A DNA stretch of 64,000 nt from Carcharhinus longimanus (Eukaryota), in the NCBI GenBank assembly GCA_030264375.1, contig JASCQW010000072.1, positions 46,843,476 to 46,907,475 of the forward strand, given 5' to 3'. A model generated the notes under the pieces. The model made no database searches. It worked only from the letters and a program-made list of their open reading frames with translations, and had not been told where the DNA came from. Position 1 is the first letter of the stretch. The number at the start of each line of letters is the position of its first letter. The translations under genes were made by a program, and so were the position numbers. Shown in pieces: positions 1 through 12,169 of this stretch.

Positions 1-40
1 CTGGGTGGGAATAAGCTCTGCCCCCTGAAATGTAATGATA

Positions 41-115
41 AAGAACAAAGAACAAAGAACAACCCAGCACGGGAAACAGGCCCTTCGGCCCAACGAGCTC
101 GCGCCGCCGCATTCA
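41..115 (-). mobile_element. CR1-type LINE 3' tail fragment inserted into a TIR element
   Basis: (AAAGAAC)n tail plus GGCCCTTCGGCCC; reverse complement of the tail at 41797-41870. Confidence 0.75.
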
Positions 116-246
116 GACTGGTGGCCTCTGCTTTGCACAGAATGTGGAGATTGTAGTGTGAACTCCCATTGAAAAAATCAGCATGAATTACTCAAGTTTT
201 CCCACGAATTCAACACTTAGAATTTTTCTGGGAGAATTCCGACCCC
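115..246. mobile_element. Right end of a non-autonomous TIR element (Harbinger-like), same family as 57225-58323
   Basis: Ends GGGAGAATTCCGACCC; resembles 58190-58323. Confidence 0.55.
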
Positions 247-808
247 AGTCCACATCCTAACAGTTACATAGGTTGCTGACTTGACTATATGCCTGATTCA
301 TAAAGTCCACATTATACAGAGCCATAGACATTAGTGAACATCTGTAGCAGGGATCCGAGGCAACAGTGAACATTTAACATGGAGGTTGTACTTTTTATCC
401 TTCAGCTTGACACATGGTGATATCATAATATTGCCCCTATGCAGCTTCTTAAAGGTACATGTCAGTGTCTGCATTGGCATACATACACTATCAGGATATC
501 AAAGACAAGCTAGAAAGCGAAATAGGTAAGAGTAATAGTGGTTCAAAGAAAGCACTAACAATCAGAAACATGGTGGTAGTTTATGGTGAAAGCAGAGCTT
601 ATGACCCATGGGAGAGAGGGATGGTACTGTCATTTTGTTTTAAGTTCCTCTGAATGGATGCATTAAGATGGAACGAATGGCTTCCTTCATTTCTTTTTAT
701 TTTAACTTGAACATTCTGCTTATCTCCTACACCAGGGAAATGAAAACATCATTAAAGAACTCGTCAGTGTTGATGTCTGACATCGGTGTGCTTTCTCTCT
801 CTTGACAG

Positions 809-862
809 CTGACTGCCATAAGGAAACCGAATCTAATAATGAGGCAGAGCCTTGCAGACAGG
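809..862 (+). CDS. Candidate 54-nt exon, unknown gene (phase 0: LTAIRKPNLIMRQSLADR)
   Basis: Pyrimidine tract ending TTGACAG, donor GTGAGT, length divisible by 3; no recognised homology. Confidence 0.25.
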
Positions 863-1584
863 GTGAGTATTAATGAGAAAGTCTCATTAGCCAGTTACAG
901 CACGTGCCAGCACCAGCACTTATGATCCCCCTAGAATAAGACGACAAACATCCTGCCACTTGCTTATAACCTTCAGTGCTGTGAACATTCCCGACTGGGT
1001 ATTTTAGCGCAGTTAGGAGGTAACACAGTCCCTGGGAGTTTAAGGGCAAATGAATTGTGTGTGGGCGAGGTTTCTCAAGCTGTATATTTTAGGTCTATTT
1101 ATGACCAACAGTATGAGCCATAAATTAACATGTAGACTTGTCTTAGTGCTGCATTCATGCACCAGCTAGCAGGCAAGCAATTGCAGAGGAGCATATGTTG
1201 AGACTCTGCTCGCAACAGCAGGCTTTAGTTTAATGAGCAGTCTGTGCATCTCTGTATTGTCTATAAGGTATATGGAATATCTGAGTGAATGAACTAGTGA
1301 TGTGTGATGAGTCTGGCAAATTTAATTATCACTGATGATCCAATTGTCAATGACCAATCTAACAATTCAGTCTGTTGAATGAAATAACTAAATACTGTCC
1401 CCACAGGTAAATCCAATCACAGCTATTATAGAGCTTCCTCAACAAGGAACAGGGCCGCACCATTCATTTGTTGGGTGGGAGTGGGTTAGGTCAAGAAAGT
1501 CTGAGAATTGTAGCTATGCTGTAATAACACAATATAAGAAATGGGACCACTAATAAACACTACTTTTCAGAATAAGTATGAAGT

Positions 1585-1870
1585 TAGAATGTCTACAGTG
1601 CAGAAGGAAGCCACTTAGCCCATCGAGTCTGCACTGATCACAGTCTCACCTCGACCCTAACCCTGTAACCCCAAACATTTACCCTGCGAGTTCCCCTGAC
1701 ACTAAGGGACAATTTAGCATGGCCAATTAACCTAACCCATCTTGAGTATGGGAGGAAATCCACGCAGACATGGAGAGAACTCCACACACACAGTGACCTG
1801 AGGCCAGAATTGAACCGGGTCCCTAGCGTTGTGAAGCAGCAGTGCTAACCACTGTGCCACCGTGCCACCC
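1585..1870 (-). mobile_element. HE1-type tRNA/V-SINE, CR1-like tail
   Basis: Reverse complement has A box TGGCACAGTGG, B box GGTTCAATTC, V-domain and a GATGGGCT..GGCTTCCTTCTGCACTGTAG tail. Confidence 0.9.
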
Positions 1871-1969
1871 ATGCCATTGTTCTTATTGATAGGCATAACA
1901 TAAAGCCACCTCAGCAGAGAAACTTCACTTTCCCTCTTTGCAGAAACACAAACAGACCCGAGAAATGAG

Positions 1970-2432
1970 CGGCACATTGGCACAATGGTTAGCACTGCTG
2001 CTTCAGAGCACCAGGGAGCCAGGTTCGATTCTGGCCTTAGGTGACTGTGTGGAGTTTGCATATTCTCCCCGTGTCTGCATGGGTTTCCTCCGGATGCTCC
2101 AGTTTTTTACCACAGTACAAAGATGTGCAGGTTACGTTGATTGGCCATGCTAAATTACCCNNNNNNNNNNNNNNNNNNNNNNNNNNNNNNNNNNNNNNNN
2201 NNNNNNNNNNNNNNNNNNNNNNNNNNNNNNNNNNNNNNNNNNNNNNNNNNNNNNNNNNNNTCCAAAGATGTGCAGGTTACGTTGATTGGCCATGCTAAAT
2301 TACCCCTTACTATCAGGGAATTAACAAGGTAAATACGTGGGGTTATGGGGATAGGGCCTTGGTGGGATTATTGTTGGTGCAGGATCGATAGGCCAAATGG
2401 CCTCCTTCGGCACTGATGTGAATCTATGATTC
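1970..2432 (+). mobile_element. HE1-type SINE split by an assembly gap
   Basis: TGGCACAATGG / GGTTCGATTC boxes; tail GGCCAAATGGCCTCCTTCGGCACTG; gap flanks duplicated. Confidence 0.9.
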
Positions 2433-3201
2433 TTGGTTCAGGCTTCCAAATTGGCATTCCTAAGTTGGTAGAATGACACCTTGTCTATCCGTTTATCCAT
2501 ACGAGTATGGATACATGGCGTGGGGTGAGGTGTTGGGGGAAATGGGTTCCCAAACAGTTTGGTAGAGATCAGAATACTACCACCATGAAACACACTCAGT
2601 GCCAAACCTCCCTTAATCCTCTGGGATCAGTGCATCATATCTAAACTGTTGCTTCTTAATAAATGGCCTGCAAATTACTTACAAATACTCAACTGTCTAT
2701 CTTTTGTACCTGCAACTCCAGAATACAAAATTCTTACAATGAGGAAGGAACCATCATTGTTTGGGTGCTGGTTAGAGGAGTAAGCTGCAGCTCCTTGTCA
2801 GATAATTAAAATCTCATTATTCAAATCACTTCATTTCAAGCATTTAATTAACACAATATGCGCCTCACTAGCGATATTATAGCTAGGAAACAAATTGACG
2901 TAGCATGTCTGAGCAATACGATCTCAGGAATTCCAACCTACAGTCTAATACTACACACCGTGAACACATGCACTATGAGATACATTGATAAATACCATAA
3001 ATGCAATAGATAAAATTGTACATTCTTATTCTCTGTACTTCAATTCCATATTTACTTCAAGTTTTGGAAAGGGAAACTTTAGTCCTATTAACATAAATTG
3101 TGTGGTGAATATACCAGTGATGGTAGAACTCCCGTTATCTAAATTCCTGCTCTCTCAATCCTCCTGATAACCAGATCTGAGACATGTGTCTTGTTGTACA
3201 G

Positions 3202-3270
3202 CACATCATCATTGTAAACTCGGTTCTGGACATTCTGGAATGGGGTGTTACAGAGTCCGCCTGGCTCGTG
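3202..3270 (+). CDS. Candidate 69-nt exon, unknown gene (phase 0: HIIIVNSVLDILEWGVTESAWLV)
   Basis: TCTTGTTGTACAG acceptor, GTGAGT donor, length divisible by 3, phase-compatible with 809-862. Confidence 0.25.
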
Positions 3271-3785
3271 GTGAGTCTGACGTTCCAGTAATTCAAACTG
3301 AAGTTCAGAGCTACAGTTTTCCCAACTGTTCGAAGCAAGATGAAGGAAAACCCTGGGCAGTGCAGTGCACCTGAATTCATGATTTGAGCTGGCAGCATTG
3401 ACTCATAAAACAGGCCATGTAGCTTTATACTTTCCATTATGGTTACTATTAGATGGAGAGAGTGTCACAGTTGGTTTTCCTTCCCTCTCTGCCATTCTTA
3501 CGTAGCGGGGTTGGTGACGGGATGGGGGGTAGGGTGCGGGGGGAGGAGTGCAGGAAATACCATGGGAAAGGCAGACTCATTGCTGTGACCCCATTAATCA
3601 CAGCTTCACGCTGACATCAGTTCAATCAGTACAGAATTAGCATCCAGCTCAGGGCTGTGCTAATCTGTCTAGTTCCATACAACATCGCATGGTGAAATGT
3701 GTCAGCCACTAATAAGAGGACCTGTGCAAACATCTCAAAATACTCATATTGATTTGTTAATTAATACTAAAAAAACAGATAAAGG

Positions 3786-3883
3786 CTCTGACAAAGGGTC
3801 ATCTTGACTCGAAATGTTGGCTCTGTTCTTTCTCCACAGATGCTGTCAGACCTGCTGAGATTTTCCAGCATTTTTTATCTTTG
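3786..3883 (+). mobile_element. Penelope-like short element with a decayed hammerhead motif
   Basis: CTGACAAAGGGTCATCTTGACTCGAAATGTT (CTGAnGA...GAAA with CpG decay); related minus copies at ~34135-34550, 35508-35590, 53995-54080, 56800-56890. Confidence 0.6.
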
Positions 3884-4602
3884 CTAAAAAAACTGACAGA
3901 TTACAGATTTCACAAAGCCAAATGAACTATGCCACAAATGGATCTGGAATTTCCAAACACTCAAAGGTTTTACTGTAGTGTTAATGTTCTGATGTTAATA
4001 ATGATCTTATTAATAAGTGCCTTTAGACGATCAAAATGGCATCTGGGTACATGCACTTAATTCTGGTGCAAATTGTTCTGGATGCAATATTTGTGAGGGC
4101 ATTATCATGTGCCTTCTGGAGATAGGTAGATTAGAAAGATCATAATGCCAGTTGGTGTTACATGATGATTTGGTGCTGGTGCAGTTACTATGGCGCTCAG
4201 TGCATCAGTTACACCTTCTCTTAATTATATATGGCTGAACTCATGTTCAGTAGCACAAAATACCCCAACACACCCAACTCGGAGCTATTTAAATGGAATA
4301 GGTTAGCTGCTGATTTACCTCTAGTGATGCTGCTGTAATTTTGCAAGTATTTGGCGTTTTCTAGAATTTATTAGAATTGTCAAAGTTAACAGGTATGGTG
4401 TGTCAGGTATTGAAGGACTTTTTGCTGACATCAAGCTTTAGCACCAACCAATTGCATGTGTGAGTGGGCCTTCCCTTTGGAAACAAACTTGACAGGGAGA
4501 ATGAGTAAAGGTTACAGAGCAAGGCAAGTTGCTGGAAGAGGAGAAGAGAGAGAAGGGGAGGAATTTTCCCTTCCCTCCCATCACAGGAATCATAGCAGGT
4601 GG

Positions 4603-4875
4603 GGGACACGGTGGCACTGTAGTTAGCACGGCTGTCTCACACCGCCAGGGACCTGGGTTCGATTCCTGGCTTGGGTCACTGTCTGTGTGGAGTTTGCACG
4701 TTCTCCCCGTGTCTGTGTGAGTTTCCTTCGGGTGCTCCAGTTTCGGAAAGATATGCTGGCTAGATGTGTTGACCCAAACAGGCGCCAGAGTGTGGTGACT
4801 AGGGGAATTTCACAGTAACTTCATTGCAGTGTGAATGTAAGCCTTACTTGTGACTAATAAATAAACTTGTACTTT
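4603..4875 (+). mobile_element. tRNA/V-SINE with alternative (Rex1-like) tail
   Basis: Same head as HE1; tail TTTCACAGTAACTTCATTGCAGTG..TACTTGTGACTAATAAATAAA. Confidence 0.85.
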
Positions 4876-5888
4876 AAAAAACTTTGGGGGACAGACCATT
4901 CAAAGGTCCACTGACCGTGGGCAGAATTTTCCGGTTTTGGGGTGGGCAGGAGGCCACATTTGCCCAGCGTTTTGTGCGATGTCTGAACTTCACTCAATGT
5001 CCTCATTGAAATGTGCCACCTGTTCTAGCCACAGTTGCAGCCTCAGAACACATTCAGGATTATGTTGACTAGAGTCGGAGCTATTTGTTGCATCTCACAG
5101 TTTGCTATCCACTGTTGTATAAGGGAAGTCATGGAAACCCTGCTTTTACAAAGTGCCAACAATATTATGTTCTCATTTGCTGGTGAACAGCAGGTGAAAT
5201 GAGTGTACACACATTCATGTAGGTTGTCACCTTACCCATGGTGCAGACTGCTATTAATGGAGGACATCTCACTTTGCAGGCACTACATGACAATGTTGGG
5301 GCGTGGCACAATCAAATATGATTCTATTACCTCAATATACAGTTGGTGTGCAACCATTTGCAGTGAATCATGGAGACCAATGGTCCCATCCTGGTGGCAG
5401 TGATGTCATCTTCATTTTGCAGCGATCCACTGCACCATCTGCAATTGAGCCATTCACCAAGAGTTCCACATGCTATCTTCCCTCTGCCAGCACAGAGTCC
5501 ACTTGGCCAAAATGCAAAATTAAATGTCAATGCAAAATAAACATTACAAACTAAAGCTACCATTCAAGCCATACCATTCTGCATACAAACATCAACTAAC
5601 TATCTTTGTACATTCCTTTAGTGCCTGTCTCAATGCTCCAACACAACTGGCGGAAGGCCAATGATTTTCAAAAGATGAGACTCTAGATGATCTTGCAGGG
5701 ATATTTCTGGTGGCTCTGGGTCAAAGAAGCCCAGCTCTGGACTGAGCCATCTTGGCATGGCAGGCAGATGTCTGGGTTGGCTGACTGGCGGACATCAGTA
5801 AGGGCAGAGGCAGGCGACAATAGTGGAAGAACAAATGCTGTCCTTGTGAGAGGACAAGAGTTTTGTATACTGTGGAACAACTGCCAGT

Positions 5889-7450
5889 CATAAGAACATA
5901 AGAACATAAGAAATAGGAGCAGGGGTAGGCCAACTAGCCCTTCNNNNNNNNNNNNNNNNNNNNNNNNNNNNNNNNNNNNNNNNNNNNNNNNNNNNNNNNN
6001 NNNNNNNNNNNNNNNNNNNNNNNNNNNNNNNNNNNNNNNNNNNNNNNNNNNNNNNNNNNNNNNNNNNNNNNNNNNNNNNNNNNNNNNNNNNNNNNNNNNN
6101 NNNNNNNNNNNNNNNNNNNNNNNNNNNNNNNNNNNNNNNNNNNNNNNNNNNNNNNNNNNNNNNNNNNNNNNNNNNNNNNNNNNNNNNNNNNNNNNNNNNN
6201 NNNNNNNNNNNNNNNNNNNNNNNNNNNNNNNNNNNNNNNNNNNNNNNNNNNNNNNNNNNNNNNNNNNNNNNNNNNNNNNNNNNNNNNNNNNNNNNNNNNN
6301 NNNNNNNNNNNNNNNNNNNNNNNNNNNNNNNNNNNNNNNNNNNNNNNNNNNNNNNNNNNNNNNNNNNNNNNNNNNNNNNNNNNNNNNNNNNNNNNNNNNN
6401 NNNNNNNNNNNNNNNNNNNNNNNNNNNNNNNNNNNNNNNNNNNNNNNNNNNNNNNNNNNNNNNNNNNNNNNNNNNNNNNNNNNNNNNNNNNNNNNNNNNN
6501 NNNNNNNNNNNNNNNNNNNNNNNNNNNNNNNNNNNNNNNNNNNNNNNNNNNNNNNNNNNNNNNNNNNNNNNNNNNNNNNNNNNNNNNNNNNNNNNNNNNN
6601 NNNNNNNNNNNNNNNNNNNNNNNNNNNNNNNNNNNNNNNNNNNNNNNNNNNNNNNNNNNNNNNNNNNNNNNNNNNNNNNNNNNNNNNNNNNNNNNNNNNN
6701 NNNNNNNNNNNNNNNNNNNNNNNNNNNNNNNNNNNNNNNNNNNNNNNNNNNNNNNNNNNNNNNNNNNNNNNNNNNNNNNNNNNNNNNNNNNNNNNNNNNN
6801 NNNNNNNNNNNNNNNNNNNGTATCCCTCCATTCCCAGTCTGCTCATGTGACTATCCAGGTAAGTCTTAAACGATCCCAGCATGTCCGCCTCCACCACCCT
6901 ACCTGGCAGTGCATTCCAGGCCCCCACCACCCTCTGTGTAAAAAACGTCCCTCTGATATCGGAGTTATACCTCGCCCTCTTCACCTTGAACCTGTGACCC
7001 CTCGTGATCGTCACCTCCGACCTGGAAAAAAGCTTCCCACTATTCAGCCTATCTATACCCTTCATAATTTTGTACACCTTTATTAGGTTTCCCCTCATTC
7101 TCCGTCTTTCCAGGGAGAACAACCGCAGTTTACCCAATCTCTCCTTATATCTAAGACCCTCCATACCAGGCAACATCCTGGTAAACCTTCTCTGCACTCT
7201 GTCTAAAGCCTCCATGTCCTTCTGGTAGTGCAGCGACCAGAACTGGACGCAGTATTCCAAATGTGGCCTAACCAACATTTTATACAGCTGCAACATCAGA
7301 CGCCAATTTTTATACTCTACACCCCATCCTATAAAGGCAAGCATATCATATGCCTTCTTCACCACCTTCTCCACCCGTGCTGCCACCTTCAAGGATTTGT
7401 GCACACCTAGGTCCCTCTGTGTTTCTATACTCTTGATGGCTCTAATACCT
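5889..7450 (-). mobile_element. CR1 (HER1-like) LINE 3' region, ORF2 RT C-terminus, spanning a gap
   Basis: LYKMLVRPHLEYCVQFWS, RVQRRFTRMLPG, LFSLERRRMRG, FFTQRVVGAWNALP; (TTCTTATG)n tail at 5889-5943. Confidence 0.95.
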
Positions 7451-7689
7451 TCCAATAAACCAAACCTACATAAGAACATAAGAATTGGGAACAGGAGCAG
7501 GCCATCTGGCCCCTCTCTTAGAGTTTTCCAGGTTGATTTTTATAGCACTTTTCATATCTGTTCCATAAACCTCAGCTTCAACCCATTGGTGAAATCCAAA
7601 TTCTGTCCTGTTATAATTCTAAAAAAGGGAATATTACCATCTGACGCGGCGGGACTAGCAGCAAGATACATTGGTGCTGATTTTTGGTA

Positions 7690-7860
7690 AAAGGTAAAGT
7701 AAAGGTAAAGTTTATTTATTAGTCACAAGGTTTACATTAACACTGCAATGAAGTTGTAGTGAAATTCCCCTAGTCACCACACTCTGGCGCCTGTTTGGCT
7801 CAATGTACCTAACCAGGACATCTTTCAGAATGTGGGAGGAAACAGAAGCACCCAGAGGAA
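7690..7860 (-). mobile_element. 5'-truncated SINE with Rex1-like tail
   Basis: Reverse complement of the 4740-4870 tail; abuts the Rex1 3' end. Confidence 0.8.
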
Positions 7861-7861
7861 T

Positions 7862-8515
7862 TTTGATTTGATTTTATTATTGTCACGTGTGTTAACATAC
7901 AGTGAAAAGTATTGTTTCTCATGAGCTATACAAAGCATACCATACACAGAGAAGGAAAGGAGAAAGTGCAGAATGTAGTGCTAAATGTAATGTAGGTCCA
8001 TTCAAAAGTCTGGTGGAGCAGGGAGGAAGCTGTTCTTGAGTCGGTTTGTTCGTGTCCTCAAACTTTTGTATCTTTTTCTCGATAGAAAATGTTAGAATAG
8101 AGTATGCCCAGGGTGCATGAGGTCCTTAATTATGCTGGCTGCTTTTCTGAGGCAGCAGGAAGTATAGATAGAGTCAAAGGATAGGAGGCTGGTTTGCATG
8201 ATGAGTTGGGCTACGTTCACAATCTTTTGTAGTTTCTTGTGGGCCTTGGGCAGAGCAGGAGCCATACCAAGCTGTGGCACAACCAGAAAGAATGCTTTCA
8301 ATGGTGCATCTGTAAAGGGTGGTGAGAGTTGTAGCAGACATGCTGAATTTCCTTAACCTCCTGACAAAGTAGAGACATTGGTGGGCTTTCTTAACTATAG
8401 CACAGGCATGGAGGCACCAGGACAGGTTGTTGCTGATTTGGACACCTAGAAATTTGAAGCTCTCAACCACTTCCACTTTGTCCCTGTTGAAGTAGACAGG
8501 GGCATGTCCTCCACG
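7862..8515 (-). mobile_element. Rex1/Babar LINE 3' fragment
   Basis: VESFKFLGVQISNNLSW, QCLYFVRRLRKF, YRCTIESILSGCATAWYG; (AATCA)n tail. Confidence 0.9.
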
Positions 8516-10145
8516 ATGTTCACATGAAGTAACCTCTCCTCATCTCAGCTCCTGATCAGCCCCTTATCCTGAAATTGTGTGCCCTTATTCTAGATTTCCC
8601 AACCAGGAGAAACAGCCTCCTAGTACCTACCCCACCGAACCCCTTCATACATTCCAGTGAGATCGCTCTCATCCTTCTAAATTCTGGAGGATAGAGACCC
8701 TATTTACTCAGTCTTTTTCCAAGCCTGAGTGTCTTGAAAAAGGACTTCCACCACCAGCTCCAGCTGCAATCATTCTTCCCTTTAGGAGATGCAGGCTGGC
8801 TTTAATGTATGGTAATAAGAGACAGCACGGGGTTGGTGTGCCGTTTAGAATGATTTGTCATGGGACAGTCACACGCTTTGTGCGGTGTAGGCTATCGAAT
8901 TTAGTCCGCCCTATTTCTTCCAATATCTGTGCTCAGTTACTGAGCTCCAAGCACTTTGATGAAAAGAAAGATGTTCTGCATTTTAAAGACAGCAGGATCA
9001 GTTTCAATTTTCCACCTTTTTCTGCAAACATCTACTTATTTTCACGTGGTGTAGTTCAACTCTCACATATACATCAGATTTGAAGGGGGTGTATGTGAAC
9101 ACAAGAAACAGCAAGTAAGGTATTGTGTAAAAACATCCAGGCCAAAAATAATACATGGCTGGCACTACATTGGAGGAAGAATTCTGTGTCTGAACTGACA
9201 AGAAGTATCCCACTGAGCATCAAATCTCCCATAATGTTGCTCACAGATCAGTTCTGAGACACTACAGTGCTTTTTTCAGATTGCTTTGTAGGGAAAAAGG
9301 CATAGAAATAAATATAAATATGTATGTATGTACGTATGGACGGAATTGTTTCAGAGGTACATTACTTCTTTTGTTTTCTTAGCGGAATGAACACTTCATG
9401 TAAATTACCAAACCTGATCTCTTTTTCCATCGGTTTAAAATGTGAATTTTTTAAGCTGAAGACTGAAAAATATCAAGATTGAACAAATTACACATAATTT
9501 CCTCTTTTCCAAATATCATGGCAGTAGTGTGTCAAGAAATACACTAGTAAGCAATTTAAGATTGTCAGTGCAGTTTGTAAATACAGCTCATGTATGCTTG
9601 CTGGAAGTTACTTATATTTACTCTGCAGGCAAAAGGAACATGTACAGGCCTTGTGCCTTTTTTGAATTAACAAAAACGATGGGGGCAATAATTCCCTGGT
9701 GCATTCTCCATGACAACACCTCAACCAATCAGTCAACTCCCAACCAGTCAGCAACCTTTAAGGGGCATCTCCACAGCTATGTGAATGGGATGAGAATAGA
9801 GGCATATGGTCCCCGGAAGGTTAGGGGGTTACAAATCAGATGAGCAGCCTGGTTGCTACAGGCTTGGAGGTCTGAAGGGTCTGTTCCTGGATGTAATTTT
9901 ATTGGTTCTTTGTTCTATGTTCAATGGAGACATGTGAATCGTGTGTTTGGCACCCCGGATTCCTCTTCCACTCTTGCACTTAACCTTGTGCCCTGTGTTG
10001 CAGGGATAGACCTGGACATCACGGGGCCTTCTGGACTCCAGGCCCATACTGCAGCTCCCACCCATCCTGGTCATGACAGCTCAGATGAGCCCTTGGAGGA
10101 TATGGGTGAAGGGACATCCAAGGGTGGCACCGTTTTGGTGTCAGC

Positions 10146-10381
10146 TGTTTCTTCAGAAGGGACTCTTCAAAAATGCAGCCAGTGAAAATACAACAAAACT
10201 TACTCCAGCTTATAAATCAAAGAAAGGGTTTAATAAAGAAACACCCTCACCCAATCCCAGGAGTCCATCATTCTACATAGTTCCTTACTTATAGTGAATC
10301 AGCTGGTCAGCTGACCCTTGCACCTTGTTCCCATTGGTAACATTAATCCAATACAAAGTTGTCACCGGTAACATTCTAATA
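10146..10381 (-). mobile_element. Solo LTR (236 bp) with a 5-bp TSD TCAGC
   Basis: TCAGC at 10141-10145 and 10382-10386; plus-strand termini TGT...ATA (decayed TG..CA); TATAAG and ATTAAA on the minus strand; removal restores the host frame. Confidence 0.8.
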
Positions 10382-10974
10382 TCAGCTGCCACTTTGCGGT
10401 TCACCATCCCAGATACTGACAAGTCANNNNNNNNNNTGGGTTCAGTTAGTGTTGAGGCTTCTGGGTCACTTTCTGATGAGCACAACACATCTGCTGATGT
10501 ACATCATGTGGAGGAGGGAACATCCAAGGCCTCTGACATGCAGGGGGCTGCTGGAGGCGAGGACTCAGCTGGCCCCAGGCTACATGCTGGTACTCTGTGA
10601 TCACTTCTCCCTCAGCTGCTGGAGATGCAACAACAGAGCCAGAGAATGCAGGAGGGGCTGACAGCCACATTGGACCAACTGTAAGACTGCTGGGAGGAGT
10701 CTCAAAGCTTTGAGATGGACTAGCTATTGCCTGTCTTTCATGGTTCCCGGGCCAATACTGCAAGTGTAGCGTCCGTAGCGGAAAGCCTAGGGCAGGGGAT
10801 CCATACAATGAATGGCAGGCTCCAAGCAATGGCCAAGTTATAGCAGGCCTTCCTGGTGGACTGAACAGGTTTCTCAAGATTCTGCGGCCCATGGCTGAGA
10901 GGCTCAGGAGCTTGGAGGAGACCCAGTGGGACAGCACTAAGACACAGCGGACTATGGCAACAGCCCTTGAGAAC

Positions 10975-11142
10975 ATGGCCCAGTCTCAGAAGGTCATGGC
11001 TAAGGGCTTGCAGAGCGTGGCCCAGTCTCACAGGGCCACAGCTGAGGGCTTGCAAAGTATGGCCCAGTCTCAGAAGGTCACAGCTGAGTGGATGCAGAAT
11101 GTGGCCCAGTCACAGAGGGCTCTTGCTGCGGCTATTGAGAGA
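10975..11142 (+). repeat. 4 x 42-bp coding tandem repeat with an 84-bp higher-order dimer
   Basis: Units start at 10975, 11017, 11059, 11101 and alternate ATGGCCCAGTCTCAGAAGGTC / GTGGCCCAGTCwCAsAGGGC. Confidence 0.9.
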
Positions 11143-12169
11143 TGGCCCCCCACTCAAGTGGTCATCGCAGAGGACTCAACCACCATGGGTAGGACGCAAG
11201 TCTGGCAGTGCCAGGTGATGCCAGAGCTTCTGGACTTCACTGCAGAAGCACTGCCATTCCACATAGTGACCCAGGGGCCCACAGGAACCCCAAGGGAGAA
11301 GGAAGGGCTTGGATCCATGCTCCTTCCAGTCAGGAGACAGTGGCTGTGGCTACACCTTCTGACTCCCCCCCTTCCTGACAGCAGGGCATCTCAGGAGCAG
11401 TGGGATGAAGAGGGCGCCATGAAAACATCCCAGCCACCTGGAAGCAGGCCAGGGCCCTCATGATCCAGGGCCTTCAGAGGATGACTGCCACATGCATCAC
11501 AGGCCACAGGGTGAGGTAGGCAGCTGGCCCCCTCTACCTCTGATATACATTCTGGGAGTCATTGAGACGTAGTGTTAGGCCATATAAGGTTAGGAAGTTG
11601 TAATTGCACTGAGATGGCACGGATGAAGGCCACACTAATTAGAAAGATATTTAAGCATGTTAACATTTTCTGTTCACAAGTTTTTATGTTACAGAATCTT
11701 ATTTAAACATCTTTATTGTCATCATTAAATGTTTCTCACTGTCCACCTATGACTAATCCTCCATTGATCATTGCTGGAGGGATGCTTCATACTGATGTCA
11801 GTTGAGGAGGCCCTTCAATGCTGTGTCACTGAGAAAAGGAAGTCATTGGTTTCACAGACCTCCACGAGCGTTTCCCTCCTGCCCCCACCCCACCCACCCC
11901 CACGGTCCTACATGGAGGTTTCAGATTCCTTTCCCACTGCACAGACAGGGCCCAGATGCCAGTGTGCATGTGGAGCTCAGGTAGGAGTCAGACTAATTTC
12001 CAACACGGCATCATCATAATGGTGCTTAGCGAGTTGTCATCACCCTCCTGGCTGCCAAAAACTCACTCACATGGAGTATCCAGGCCCACCACTCTGGTGT
12101 AACAATATTGCAGGATATAGAAGGAATTTTGTGGGGGGAAAGGGGAATGGAACCCACAGATACAAACCC

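Larger units (their letters stand above)
10004..11463 (+). pseudogene. Decayed 3' exon of a Harbinger partner (Myb/SANT-type) gene with a coiled-coil repeat
   Basis: CCCTGTGTTGCAG acceptor; S/E/D/G-rich ORF pieces; 190-aa ORF 10891-11463 with a 14-aa repeat; convergent with the transposase at 12170-12686. The Myb domain itself is absent, so the call is positional. Confidence 0.65.

Noticed and set aside
2117-2304. Direct repeats flanking 100-N gaps (also 28515-28707 and 25910-26029)
   Set aside because: Contig-overlap artefacts at placeholder gaps, not true tandem duplications
3135-3370. Open minus-strand frames (CTALPRVFLHLASN...RAGI* and the 100-aa ORF)
   Set aside because: Poor acceptor, no linked exons, no recognisable domain, and it overlaps a better plus-strand candidate
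3506-3548. G-quadruplex-capable tract
   Set aside because: Common in this genome type and has no supporting context
5683-7479. 598-aa ORF
   Set aside because: Read-through of an ~875-nt N gap; the real part is CR1 RT, and the two sides may be different CR1 copies
10975-11142. CRISPR-like array
   Set aside because: Contiguous coding repeats without unique spacers, in eukaryotic DNA with no cas genes
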